A stretch of DNA of 64,000 nucleotides, from assembly GCA_964057225.1 (NCBI GenBank), contig OZ059897.1, forward strand, positions 7,626,001-7,690,000. The letters run 5' to 3'. The translations under genes were made by a program, and so were the position numbers. Shown here one piece after another: positions 49,591 through 63,064 of the stretch. Origin of the DNA: Auanema rhodensis. Taxonomy: Eukaryota; Animalia; Nematoda. Each line of letters opens with the position of its first letter. Position 1 is the stretch's first letter. The notes under the pieces are model-generated. The model was not told the DNA's origin and made no database searches. It saw nothing but the letters and a program-made list of their open reading frames with translations.

Positions 49591-52500
49591 AGATGAAGAC
49601 AGAAATCAAAGGATCCGAAGACTCATTTTGATGGACAGGCACTTTGGGTTAATATGCATAGTGATTAATAGCTAGAAGCTTTATCAGTATAAACAGAATA
49701 TACTTTGAACAATGGAGAGCGCATAAAAGGCTTGAGCCCAGTTCTCCCCATCAACCGAATATGTGGAAGGCATTACTTCTTGTGTGCTTTGTCGGAGCGC
49801 AGTGCTCATGGTTCGAGTGAATTTCGCTTTCTATAGTTTTTTCATTTCTTTTTAATAATATTTTTTTCAGTTTTCCGGACTGCGAGTAGTGCCCTGCAGC
49901 CTTTGCAGATGCCGGTTCGGTAGTTATTTTCGTACATTTTTCAAAGGTTTTCAACATTTCAATTACGGAGATAGCCCGTTTGAAGCTGTTTCTCTCGGCT
50001 AAGGACATCGCATTCAGCGTGAACGACATTATCTTTCCGCGAAAGACAGATGACGTCAATAGGGGATTCTCGTGTGCCCATGTTTTGAGAATGAGCGAAG
50101 ATCGGTAAGTTGTTTGTCATAATTAGCTGTGCCTCTCATCCCTCTAAAATGTATCTTGTTTAGTGATGCTGACGATAACGAGCTACCGAGAAACGTGTTC
50201 AGCTGCGAAAGCTGTGAGACGTTGTTCAACGTGACCATTACAGTGAGTATATTTTTTGTCAAATGAAGCAAATAAATCCATTTTTTTTCTTTTTAGCTTA
50301 TCAAGAACCCGATTGACAAGCTGCACAAATCAGCTGTTGACATACTGTGCGTTGGTGCACCTGAAAGCTGTCGTTCTGAATTCCTAGACATCGTGGAAAT
50401 CGTGGGCGCTGTTGGCAATTTTCATTTTTGTTGGAATTTCAGTCGATATCATCTTTTCCCTATACATGTTGTTTTGATAATCAATATGGAATTGTTTATA
50501 GTTTTGACTGTTACTTGTGATTCTTTATAGATATTTCCTTCTCTCCGATCATCTTCAGTATTAAATTGTATTGTTTTGAAACTTTTCTGTTTGTTATGCT
50601 GGAAAAATGAGAATAAAACATTAAATGTTACTTGTTAAAATTTTTTTTGAATACCATATTCAATATGTGTGTGAAATGGTACTTTTTACATTTCATGGTT
50701 CATATTTAATCTATATATACATGTATATATGTATATTGATATTCTAATCGTAAGCTTCTATAACTGAAAACTGAAGAATTGAGAAATTCGGTGATGGTTG
50801 ATGTAGTTTTGTAAAAAAGTATCGGTTCCATCACAAACATTGAGGGAGATCGTTAAGAGTTATTGTAAAGTTATAGAACCTTAGCCAAAATAAACTTGAA
50901 AAGTTATTTGTAATCATCGCAAGAACATAACCACAACACAGATAAAAGAAAAACAATTAGGATCAAACTCTGAAAAGAAAAAAACAAATATTACAATAAT
51001 TACGGAATATCATATGTATTTGATTTATGCTTAATAAATGAATATTTATGTTTTTAAAATTAAAAAGACTAAAAGGAACTATACTATCGTGAGAAGACGT
51101 GTCTAAGTATTCTTTGTTCAACTTCTTTGGCCGTTGGCATAGAATAAATGTTCTTATCGAATTAACCTTCGATATGTGTTCTGTGTGAGGCCAGGCAAAT
51201 CGTTTAAGCAGAAATATTAATCATAACGGGCCTCTCAAGACCCTATTCTTCTAATTTTGGATTCTCGCTATCTATTCAGTGAGGAAAATATAAAGAATCT
51301 GATTCAGATAAGAGTTCATTCCAACATGAATTTCGAAATTCTATTAAGAATCCCGATGGGTCCAATCCGCGGGAAGTCCAAGTAGACTAAAAGAAAAATA
51401 GTGTACGTAACACAAGGCATATTAATAGTTTATCAGTGCAAAAGCATTGAAATTCCAACAAAAATGAAAATTTTCGAAACAATACAATTCAATACTGAAG
51501 ATGATTAAAGAGAAGGAAATATCTATAGAGAATCAGATGAAGACAGAAATCAAAGGATCCGAAGACTCATTTTGATGGACAGGCACTTTGGGTTAATATG
51601 CATAGTGATTAATAGCTAGAAGCTTTATCAGTATAAACAGAATATACTTTGAACAATGGAGAGCGCATAAAAGGCTTGAGCCCAGTTCTCCCCATCAACC
51701 GAATATGTGGAAGGCATTACTTCTTGTGTGCTTTGTCGGAGCGCAGTGCTCATGGTTCGAGTGATTTTCGCTTTCTATAGTTTTTTCATTTCTTTTTAAT
51801 AATATTTTTTTCAGTTTTCCGGACTGCGAGTAGCGCCCTGCAGCCTTTGCAGATGCCGGTTCGGTAGTTATTTTCGTACATTTTTCAAAGGTTTTCAACA
51901 TATCAATTACGGAGATAGCCCGTTTGAAGCTGTTTCTCTCGGCTAAGGACATCGCATTCAGCGTGAACGACATTATCTTTCCGCGAAAGACAGATGACGT
52001 CAATAGGGGATTCTCGTGTGCCCATGTTTTGAGAATGAGCGAAGATCGGTAAGTTGTTTGTCATAATTAGCTGTGCCTCTCATCCCTCTAAAATGTATCT
52101 TGTTTAGTGATGCTGACGATAACGAGCTACCGAGAAACGTGTTCAGCTGCGAAAGCTGTGAGACGTTGTTCAACGTGACCATTACAGTGAGTATATTTTT
52201 TGTCAAATGAAGCAAATGAATCCATTTTTTTTCTTTTTAGCTTATCAAGAACCCGATTGACAAGCTGCACAAATCAGCTGTTGACATACTGTGCGTTGGT
52301 GCACCTGAAAGCTGTCGTTCTGAATTCCTAGACATCGTGGAAATCGTGGGCGCTGTTGGCAATTTTCATTTTTGTTGGAATTTCAGTCGATATCATCTTT
52401 TCCCTATACATGTTGTTTTGATAATCAATATGGAATTGTTTATAGTTTTGACTGTTACTTGTGATTCTTTATAGATATTTCCTTCTCTCCGATCATCTTC

Positions 52501-55500
52501 AGTATTAAATTGTATTGTTTTGAAACTTTTCTGTTTGTTATGCTGGAAAAATGAGAATAAAACATTAAATGTTACTTGTTAAAATTTTTTTGAATACCAT
52601 ATTCAATATGTGTGTGAAATGGTACTTTTTACATTTCATGGTTCATATTTAATCTATATATACATGTATATATGTATATTGATATTCTAATCGTAAGCTT
52701 CTATAACTGAAAACTGAAGAATTGAGAAATTCGGTGATGGTTGATGTAGTTTTGTAAAAAAGTATCGGTTCCATCACAAACATTGAGGGAGATCGTTAAG
52801 AGTTATTGTAAAGTTATAGAACCTTAGCCAAAATAAACTTGAAAAGTTATTTGTAATCATCGCAAGAACATAACCACAACACAGATAAAAGAAAAACAAT
52901 TAGGATCAAACTCTGAAAAGAAAAAAACAAATATTACAATAATTACGGAATATCATATGTATTTGATTTATGCTTAATAAATGAATATTTATGTTTTTAA
53001 AATTAAAAAGACTAAAAGGAACTATACTATCGTGAGAAGACGTGTCTAAGTATTCTTTGTTCAACTTCTTTGGCCGTTGGCATAGAATAAATGTTCTTAT
53101 CGAATTAACCTTCGATATGTGTTCTGTGTGAGGCCAGGCAAATCGTTTAAGCAGAAATATTAATCATAACGGGCCTCTCAAGACCCTATTCTTCTAATTT
53201 TGGATTCTCGCTATCTATTCAGTGAGGAAAATATAAAGAATCTGATTCAGATAAGAGTTCATTCCAACATGAATTTCGAAATTCTATTAAGAACCCCGAT
53301 GGGTCCAATCCGCGGGAAGTCCAAGTAGACTAAAAGAAAAATAGTGTACGTAACACAAGGCATATTAATAGTTTATCAGTGCAAAAGCATTGAAATTCCA
53401 ACAAAAATGAAAATTTTCGAAACAATACAATTCAATACTGAAGATGATTAAAGAGAAGGAAATATCTATAGAGAATCAGATGAAGACAGAAATCAAAGGA
53501 TCCGAAGACTCATTTTGATGGACAGGCACTTTGGGTTAATATGCATAGTGATTAATAGCTAGAAGCTTTATCAGTATAAACAGAATATACTTTGAACAAT
53601 GGAGAGCGCATAAAAGGCTTGAGCCCAGTTCTCCCCATCAACCGAATATGTGGAAGGCATTACTTCTTGTGTGCTTTGTCGGAGCGCAGTGCTCATGGTT
53701 CGAGTGATTTTCGCTTTCTATAGTTTTTTCATTTCTTTTTAATAATATTTTTTTCAGTTTTCCGGACTGCGAGTAGTGCCCTGCAGCCTTTGCAGATGCC
53801 GGTTCGGTAGTTATTTTCGTACATTTTTCAAAGGTTTTCAACATTTCAATTACGGAGATAGCCCGTTTGAAGCTGTTTCTCTCGGCTAAGGACATCGCAT
53901 TCAGCGTGAACGACATTATCTTTCCGCGAAAGACAGATGACGTCAATAGGGGATTCTCGTGTGCCCATGTTTTGAGAATGAGCGAAGATCGGTAAGTTGT
54001 TTGTCATAATTAGCTGTGCCTCTCATCCCTCTAAAATGTATCTTGTTTAGTGATGCTGACGATAACGAGCTACCGAGAAACGTGTTCAGCTGCGAAAGCT
54101 GTGAGACGTTGTTCAACGTGACCATTACAGTGAGTATATTTTTTGTCAAATGAAGCAAATAAATCCATTTTTTTTCTTTTTAGCTTATCAAGAACCCGAT
54201 TGACAAGCTGCACAAATCAGCTGTTGACATACTGTGCGTTGGTGCACCTGAAAGCTGTCGTTCTGAATTCCTAGATATCGTGGAAATCGTGGGCGCTGTT
54301 GGCAATTTTCATTTTTGTTGGAATTTCAGTCGATATCATCTTTTCCCTATACATGTTGTTTTGATAATCAATATGGAATTGTTTATAGTTTTGACTGTTA
54401 CTTGTGATTCTTTATAGATATTTCCTTCTCTCCGATCATCTTCAGTATTAAATTGTATTGTTTTGAAACTTTTCTGTTTGTTATGCTGGAAAAATGAGAA
54501 TAAAACATTAAATGTTACTTGTTAAAATTTTTTTTGAATACCATATTCAATATGTGTGTGAAATGGTACTTTTTACATTTCATGGTTCATATTTAATCTA
54601 TATATACATGTATATATGTATATTGATATTCTAATCGTAAGCTTCTATAACTGAAAACTGAAGAATTGAGAAATTCGGTGATGGTTGATGTAGTTTTGTA
54701 AAAAAGTATCGGTTCCATCACAAACATTGAGGGAGATCGTTAAGAGTTATTGTAAAGTTATAGAACCTTAGCCAAAATAAACTTGAAAAGTTATTTGTAA
54801 TCATCGCAAGAACATAACCACAACACAGATAAAAGAAAAACAATTAGGATCAAACTCTGAAAAGAAAAAAACAAATATTACAATAATTACGGAATATCAT
54901 ATGTATTTGATTTATGCTTAATAAATGAATATTTATGTTTTTAAAATTAAAAAGACTAAAAGGAACTATACTATCGTGAGAAGACGTGTCTAAGTATTCT
55001 TTGTTCAACTTCTTTGGCCGTTGGCATAGAATAAATGTTCTTATCGAATTAACCTTCGATATGTGTTCTGTGTGAGGCCAGGCAAATCATTTAAGCAGAA
55101 ATATTAATCATAACGGGCCTCTCAAGACCCTATTCTTCTAATTTTGGATTCTCGCTATCTATTCAGTGAGGAAAATATAAAGAATCTGATTCAGATAAGA
55201 GTTCATTCCAACATGAATTTCGAAATTCTATTAAGAACCCCGATGGGTCCAATCCGCGGGAAGTCCAAGTAGACTAAAAGAAAAATAGTGTACGTAACAC
55301 AAGGCATATTAATAGTTTATCAGTGCAAAAGCATTGAAATTCCAACAAAAATGAAAATTTTCGAAACAATACAATTCAATACTGAAGATGATTAAAGAGA
55401 AGGAAATATCTATAGAGAATCAGATGAAGACAGAAATCAAAGGATCCGAAGACTCATTTTGATGGACAGGCACTTTGGGTTAATATGCATAGTGATTAAT

Positions 55501-56410
55501 AGCTAGAAGCTTTATCAGTATAAACAGAATATACTTTGAACAATGGAGAGCGCATAAAAGGCTTGAGCCCAGTTCTCCCCATCAACCGAATATGTGGAAG
55601 GTATTACTTTTTGTGTGCTTTGTCGGAGCGCAGTGCTCATGGTTAGAGTGATTTTCGCTTTCTATAGTTTTTTCATTTCTTTTTAATAATATTTTTTTCA
55701 GTTTTCCGGACTGCGAGTAGTGCTCTGCAGCCCTTGTAGATGCCGGTTCGGTAGTTATTTTCGTACATTTTTCAAAGGTTTTCAACATTTCAATTACAGA
55801 GATAGCCTGTTTGAAGCTGTTTCTCTCGGCTAAAGACATCGCATTCAGCGTGAACGACATTATCTTCCCGCGAAAGACAGATGACGTCAATAGGGGATTC
55901 TGGTGTGCCCATGTTTTGAGAATGTGCGAAGATCGGTAAGTTGTTTGTCATAATTAGCTGTGCCTCTCATGCCCCTAAAATGTATCTTGTTTAGTGATGC
56001 TGACGGTAACGAGCTACCGAGAAACGTGTTCAGCTGCGAAAACTGTGAGACGTTGTTCAACGTGACCATTACAGTGAGTATATTTTTTGTCAAATGAAGC
56101 AAATAAATCCATTTTTTTCTTTTTAGCTTATCAAGAACCCGATTGACAAGCTGAACAAATCAGCTGTTGACATACTGTGCGTTGGTGCACCTAAAAGCTG
56201 TTGTTCTGAATTCCTAGACATCGTGGATATCGTGGGCGCTGTTGGCAATTTTCATTTTTGTTGGAATTTCAATCGATATCATCTTTTTCCTATACATGTT
56301 GTTTTGATAATCAATATGGAATCGTTTATAGTTTTGACTGTTACTTGTGATTCTCTATAGATATTTCCTTCTCTCTGATCATCTTCAGTATCAAATTGTA
56401 TTGTTTTGAA
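49503..56410 (+). repeat. 1944-bp tandem repeat, about 3.5 copies
   Basis: Identical landmarks at 49751, 51695, 53638 and 55582; each unit = satellite piece + gene fragment + inverted satellite piece + unique spacer. Confidence 0.93.
55573..56246 (+). pseudogene. Five-exon fragment of a Cys-rich protein gene (153 aa when spliced), best-preserved copy
   Basis: Exons 55573-55647, 55702-55750, 55800-55935, 55995-56073, 56127-56246; introns of 54, 49, 59 and 53 nt, all GT...AG; phases 0,1,2,0 give a stop-free frame. Other copies: 49742-50416, 51686-52360, 53629-54303, 61621-62294 (+), 59031-59702 (-). Confidence 0.75.
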
Positions 56411-56436
56411 AAAAAATTAGGTTGAAACTATAATAG

Positions 56437-56664
56437 GCTTACGGTAAATGGGCGGAGTCAGATTGCTGGCCAGGATTTGAAAAACTTCTTCTCATTTACC
56501 CTCCGCATCGCTCAGCGAAGCACACCTGTTCTTTTGCTCCTGAATCTCTCTCTCTCCCTCACACACATCTAAATGAATCTTACGCACCTTTCGTAAACAT
56601 CCCACACGTAGCTCAGCATTCTCAGTTTTTCCAAACCAAGAGTCCTACAAAGGTTGCCAAAAGA
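56437..56664 (+). mobile_element. Fragment of the leader / gag start of a relative of family A
   Basis: Translates ...VNIPHVAQHSQFFQTKSPTKVAKR versus LKIPHVTKHSRFFQTKSTTKVDKR in element A; second copy from ~63805 to the window end. Confidence 0.7.
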
Positions 56665-56689
56665 ATATATTTTTTATATTTTTTATTTT

Positions 56690-57972
56690 TTTATTTATTT
56701 ATTCCAGAATCTTGAATTTTTCTTCAAATATACACCTTTTTGAATTAAATTTAGAAGTAAGTATACTATTCTATGAGAAAGTACTTCATTATTTTTATGA
56801 AATGGTCGCAATATGTAGCCTCGTTAGCTCAGCTGGTAGAGCGTTAGACTTTTAATCTAACGGTCAGGGGTTCGAGCCCCCTACGGGGCTAATTTTTTAC
56901 ATTCTATCTGTCCCGAACATGTAAAACTTAATTTTCTTACCTTGTTTGAACTTTTATTTATTCCAGAATCTTGAATTTTTCTTCAAATATACATCTTCTT
57001 GTATTAAATTTAGAAGTAAATATACTATTCTATGAGTAGATACTTCAATAATTTTATGAAGTTAGGAGGATGTGTAGCCTCATTAGCTCAGCTGGTAGAG
57101 CGTTAGACTTTTAATCTAACGGTCAGGGGTTCGAGCCTCCTACGGGGCTAATTTTTTACATTCTATCTGTCCCGAACATGTAGAATTTAATTTTCTTAGC
57201 TTGTTTGAACTTTTATTTATTCCAGAATCTTGAATTTTTCTTCAAATATACATCTTCTTGTATTAAATTTAGAAGTAAATATACTATTCTATGAGGAAGT
57301 ACTTCAATAATTTTATGAAATAGTGCCGATATGTAGCCTCGTTAGCTCAGCTGGTAGAGCGTTAGACTTTTAATCTAACGGTCAGGGGTTCGAGCCCCCT
57401 ACGGGGCTAATTTTTTACATTCTATCTGTCTCGAATATGTAAAACTTAATTTTCTTAGCTTGTTTAAAATTTTATTTATTCCAGAATCTTGAATTTTTCT
57501 TCAAATATACATCTTTTTGAATCAAAATTAGAAGTAAATATACTATTCTATGAGGAAGTACTTCAATAATTTTATGAAATAGTGCCGATATGTAGCCTCG
57601 TTAGCTCAGCTGGTAGAGCGTTAGACTTTTAATCTAACGGTCAGGGATTCGAGCCTCCTACGGGGCTAATTTTTTATATTCTATCTGTCCCGAACATGTA
57701 GAATTTAATTTTCTTAGCTTGTTTGAACTTTTATTTATTCCAGAATCTTGAATTTTTCTTCAAATATACATCTTTTTGAATCAAATTTAGAAGTAAATAT
57801 ACTATTCTATGAGAAAGTACTTCATTATTTTTATGAAGTTATGAGCATGTGTAGCCTCGTTAGCTCAGCTGGTAGAGCGTTAGACTTTTAATCTAACGGT
57901 CAGGGGTTCGAGCCCCCTACGGGGCTAGTTTTTTACATTCTATCTGTCCCGAACATGTAAAACTGAATTTTT
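56690..57972 (+). repeat. tRNA-Lys(UUU) array, block 5 (5 genes)
   Basis: Starts 56818, 57077, 57336, 57595, 57854. Confidence 0.92.
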
Positions 57973-58268
57973 TATATGAATGTCTTAAAAACTATCTGCA
58001 TAAGTTTTATAGTAGCAACTGCAATGGTCAGCTGTTTTCCTTTGATACAAGTATGTAATAATACTGTGACGATAATTGCATTAATCATCATGTTATGAAG
58101 GAAATACATATCGAAGGTTAATTCGATGAAAACGATCATTATCACCCAAAGGGAATGGGCGGTTCACGCCAGCAGTGCAAAAGCAGGTCAACCCGTGAGA
58201 AGGAGCTAGCAAACCAGATTCTACCTCAGGTCTCGAAAATCGGTTAACATTATTGTGAACCAAATGAG

Positions 58269-61200
58269 CACATATCGAAGGTTAATTCGATAAGAACGTT
58301 TATTCTTCGCCAACGGCCAAAGAAGTTGAACAAAGAATACTTAGACACGTCTTCTCACGATAGTATAGTTCCTTTTAGTCTTTTTAATTTTAAAAACATA
58401 AATATTCATTTATTAAGCATAAATCAAATACATATGATATTCCGTAATTATTGTAATATTTGTTTTTTTCTTTTCAGAGTTTGATCCTAATTGTTTTTCT
58501 TTTATCTGTGTTGTGGTTATGTTCTTGCGATGATTACAAATAACTTTTCAAGTTTATTTTGGCTAAGGTTCTATAACTTTACAATAACTCTTAACGATCT
58601 CCCTCAATGTTTGTGATGAAACCGATACTTTTTTACAAAACTACATCGACCATCACCGAATTTCTCAATTCTTCAGTTTTCAGTTATAGAAGCTTACGAT
58701 TAGAATATCAATATACATATATACATGTATATATAGATTAAATATGAACCATCAAATGAAAAAAGTACCATTTCACACACATATTGACTATGGTATTCAA
58801 AAAAAATTTTAACAAGTAACATTTAATGTTTTATTCTTATTTTTCCAGCATAACAAACAGAAAAGTTTCAAAACAATACAATTTAATACTGAAGATGATC
58901 GGAGAGAAGGAAATATCTATAGAGAATCACAAGTAACAGTCAAAACTATAAACAATTCCATATTGATTATCAAAACAACATGTATAGGGAAACGATGATA
59001 TCGATTGAAATTCCAACAAAAATGAAAATTGCCAACAGCGCCCACGATTTCCACGATGTCTAGGAATTCAGAACGACAGCTTTCAGGTGCACCAACGCAC
59101 AGTATGTCAACAGCTGATTTGTTCAGCTTGTCAATCGGGTTCTTGATAAGCTAAAAAGAAAAAAATGGATTTATTTGCTTCATTTGACAAAAAATATACT
59201 CACTGTAATGGTCACGTTGAACAACGTTTCACAGCTTTCGCAGCTGAACACGTTTCTCGGTAGCTCGTTACCGTCAGCATCACTAAACAAGATACATTTT
59301 AGAGGGATGAGAGGCACAGCTAATTATGACAAACAACTTACCGATCTTCGCTCATTCTCAAAACATGGGCACACGAGAATCCCCTATTGACGTCATCTGT
59401 CTTTCGCGGAAAGATAATGTCGTTCACGCTGAATGCGATGTCCTTAGCCGAGAGAAACAGCTTCAAACGGGCTATCTCCGTAATTGAAATGTTGAAAACC
59501 TTTGAAAAATGTACGAAAATAACTACCAAACCGGCATCTACAAGGGCTGCAGAGCACTACTCGCAGTCCGGAAAACTAAAAAATATTATTAAAAAGAAAT
59601 GAAAAAACTATAGAAAGCGAAAATCACTCGAACCATGAGCACTGCGCTCCGACGAAGCACACAAGAAGTAATGCCTTCCACATATTCGGTTGATGGGGAG
59701 AACTGGGCTCAAGCCTTTTATGCGCTCTCATTTTTTTTAGGGAAAAGATGATATCGATTGAAATTCAAACAAAAATGAAAATTTTCGAAACAATTCAATT
59801 CAATATTGAAGATGATTAAAGAGAAGGAAATATCTATAGAGAATCAAAAGTGACAGTCAAAATTAGAAACAATTCCATATTGATTCTCAAAACAACATGC
59901 ATAGTGATTGATAGGTAGATGTTTTATCAGTATAAACAGAATATACTTTGAACAATCGACAGCGCATAAAAGGAAAATTCTTCAAGGGCTTGAGCGTCAG
60001 TTCTCCCTTATAATTTTAACTGTTACTTGTCATTTTCTATAGATATTTCTTTATCTCTAATCATCTTCAGTATTGAATTGTTTCGAAAATTTTCATTTTT
60101 GTTCGAATTTCAATCGATATCATCTTTTCCCTATACATGTTGTTTTAAGAATAAATATGGAATTGTTTATAGTTTTGACTGTTACTGTGATTCTCTATAG
60201 ATATTTCCTTCTCTCTAATCATCTTCAGTATTGAATTGAATTGTTTCGAAAATTTTCATTTTTGTTGGATTTTCAATCGATATCATCTTTTCCCTATACA
60301 TGTTGTTTTGAGAATAAATATGGAATTGTTTATAGTTTTGACTGTTATTTGTGATTCTCTAAAGATATTTCCTTCTCTTTAATCATCTTCAATATTGAAT
60401 TTAATTGTTTCGAAAATTTTCATTTTTGTTGGAATTTCAATCGATATCATCTTTTCCCTATACATGTTGTTTGGAGAATCAATATGGAATTGTTTATAGT
60501 TTTGACTGTTACTTGTGATTCTCTATAGATATTTCCTTCTCTCCGATCATCTTCAGTATTGAATTGAATTGTTTCGAAAATTTTCATTTTTGTTGGATTT
60601 TCAATCGATATCATCTTTTCCCTATACATGTTGTTTTGAGAATAAATATGGAATTGTTTATAGTTTTGACTGTTATTTGTGATTCTCTAAAGATATTTCC
60701 TTCTCTTTAATCATCTTCAATATTGAATTTAATTGTTTCGAAAATTTTCATTTTTGTTGGAATTTCAATCGATATCATCTTTTCCCTATACATGTTGTTT
60801 TAAGAATAAATATGGAATTGTTTATAGTTTTGACTGTTACTGTGATTCTCTATAGATATTTCCTTCTCTCTAATCATCTTCAGTATTGAATTGAATTGTT
60901 TCGAAAATTTTCATTTTTGTTGGATTTTCAATCGATATCATCTTTTCCCTATACATGTTGTTTTGAGAATAAATATGGAATTGTTTATAGTTTTGACTGT
61001 TATTTGTGATTCTCTAAAGATATTTCCTTCTCTTTAATCATCTTCAATATTGAATTTAATTGTTTCGAAAATTTTCATTTTTGTTGGAATTTCAATCGAT
61101 ATCATCTTTTCCCTATACATGTTGTTTGGAGAATCAATATGAAATTGTCTATAGTTTTGATTGTTACTTGTCATTCTCTATAGATATTTTTTCTCCCCAA

Positions 61201-63064
61201 AGGAAAAGGTGATATCAATTGAAATTCCAACAAAAATGAAAATTTTCGAAACAATTCAATTCAATACTGAAGATGATTAGAGAGAAGGAAATATCTATTG
61301 AAAATCACAGTAACAGTCAAAACTATAAACAATTCCATATTGATTCTCAAAACAACATGTATAGGGAAAAGATGATATCGATTGAAATTCCAACAAAAAT
61401 GAAAATTTTCGAAACAATACAATTCAATACTGAAGATGATTAAAGAGAAGGAAATATCTATAGAGAATCAGATGAAGACAGAAATCAAAGGATCCGAAGA
61501 CTCATTTTGATGGACAGGCACTTTGGGTTAATATGCATAGTGATTAATAGCTAGAAGCTTTATCAGTACAAACAGAATATACTTTGAACAATGGAGAGCG
61601 CATAAAAGGCTTGAGCCCAGTTCTCCCCATCAACCGAATATGTGGAAGGCATTACTTCTTGTGTGCTTTGTCGGAGCGCAGTGCTCATGGTTCGAGTGAT
61701 TTTCGCTTTCTATAGTTTTTTCATTTCTTTTTAATAATATTTTTTTCAGTTTTCCGAACTGCGAGTAGTGCCCTGCAGCCCTTGCAGATGCCGGTTCGGA
61801 AGTTATTTTCGTACATTTTTCAAAGGTTTTCAACATTTCAATTACAGAGATAGCCTGTTTGAAGCTGTTTCTCTCGGCTAAGGACATCGCATTCAGCGTG
61901 AACGACATTATCTTTCCGCGAAAGACAGATGACGTCAATAGGGGATTCTCGTGTGCCCATGTTTTGAGAATGAGCGAAGATCGGTGAGTTGTTTGTCATA
62001 ATTAGCTGTGCCTCTCATCCCCCTAAAATGTATCTTGTTTAGTGATGCTGACGGTAACGAGCTACCGATAAACGTGTTCAGCTGCGAAAACTGTGAGACG
62101 TTGTTCAACGTGACCATTACAGTGAGTATATTTTTTGTCAAATGAAGCAAATAAATCCATTTTTTTCTTTTTAGCTTATCAAGAACCCGATTGACAAGCT
62201 GAACAAATCAGCTGCTGACATACTGTGCGTTGGTGCACCTGAAAGCTGTCGTTCTGAATTCCTAGACATCGTGGAAATCGTGGGCGCTGTTGGCAATTTT
62301 CATTTTTGTTGGAATTTCAGTCGATATCATCTTTTCCCTATACATGTTGTTTTGATAATCAATATGGAATTGTTTATAGTTTTGACTGTTACTTGTGATT
62401 CTTTATAGATATTTCCTTCTCTCCGATCATCTTCAGTATTAAATTGTATTGTTTTGAAACTTTTCTGTTTGTTATGCTGGAAAAATATGAAAAACTAAAT
62501 AAAACATTAAATGTTACTTGTTAAAATTTTTTTTGAATACCATATTCAATATGTGTGTGAAATGGTACTTTTTTCATTTCATGGTTCATATTTAATCTAT
62601 ATATACATGTATATATGTATATTGATAATCTAATCGTAAGCTTCTATAACTGAAAACTGAAGAATTGAGAAATTCGGTGATGGTTGATGTAGTTTTGTAA
62701 AAAAGTATCGGTTCCATCACAAACATTGAGGGAGATCGTTAAGAGTTATTGTAAAGTTATAGAACCTTAGCCAAAATAAACTTGAAAAGTTATTTGTAAT
62801 CATCGCAAGAACATAACCACAACACAGATAAAAGAAAAACAATTAGGATCAAACTCTGAAAAGAAAAAAACAAATATTACAATAATTACGGAATATCATA
62901 TGTATTTGATTTATGCTTAATAAATGAATATTTATGTTTTTAAAATTAAAAAGACTAAAAGGAACTATACTATCGTGAGAAGACGTGTCTAAGTATTCTT
63001 TGTTCAACTTCTTTGGCCGTTGGCATAGAATAAATGTTCTTATCGAATTAACCTTCGATATGTG
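58269..63064. repeat. Large inverted repeat: arms 58269-59729 and 61594-63064 around a satellite core
   Basis: The left arm is the reverse complement of most of the 1944-bp unit. Confidence 0.88.
60008..61470. repeat. 163-164-bp satellite, about 7 forward units then an inversion at ~61198
   Basis: CGAAAATTTTC landmarks at 60084, 60247, 60411, 60575, 60739, 60902, 61066; alternating variants suggest a dimeric higher-order unit. Confidence 0.9.

Noticed and set aside
49762-49817. Signal-peptide-like frame MWKALLLVCFVGAQC
   Set aside because: Splicing in this phase meets a stop within six codons of the next exon, whereas the other frame stays open across all five exons
49751-50271. ORF-track proteins MTSSVFRGK... 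and MLHLTKNIL... (and their repeats)
   Set aside because: They start at TTG and are antisense shadows; splice signals and a consistent frame lie on the opposite strand
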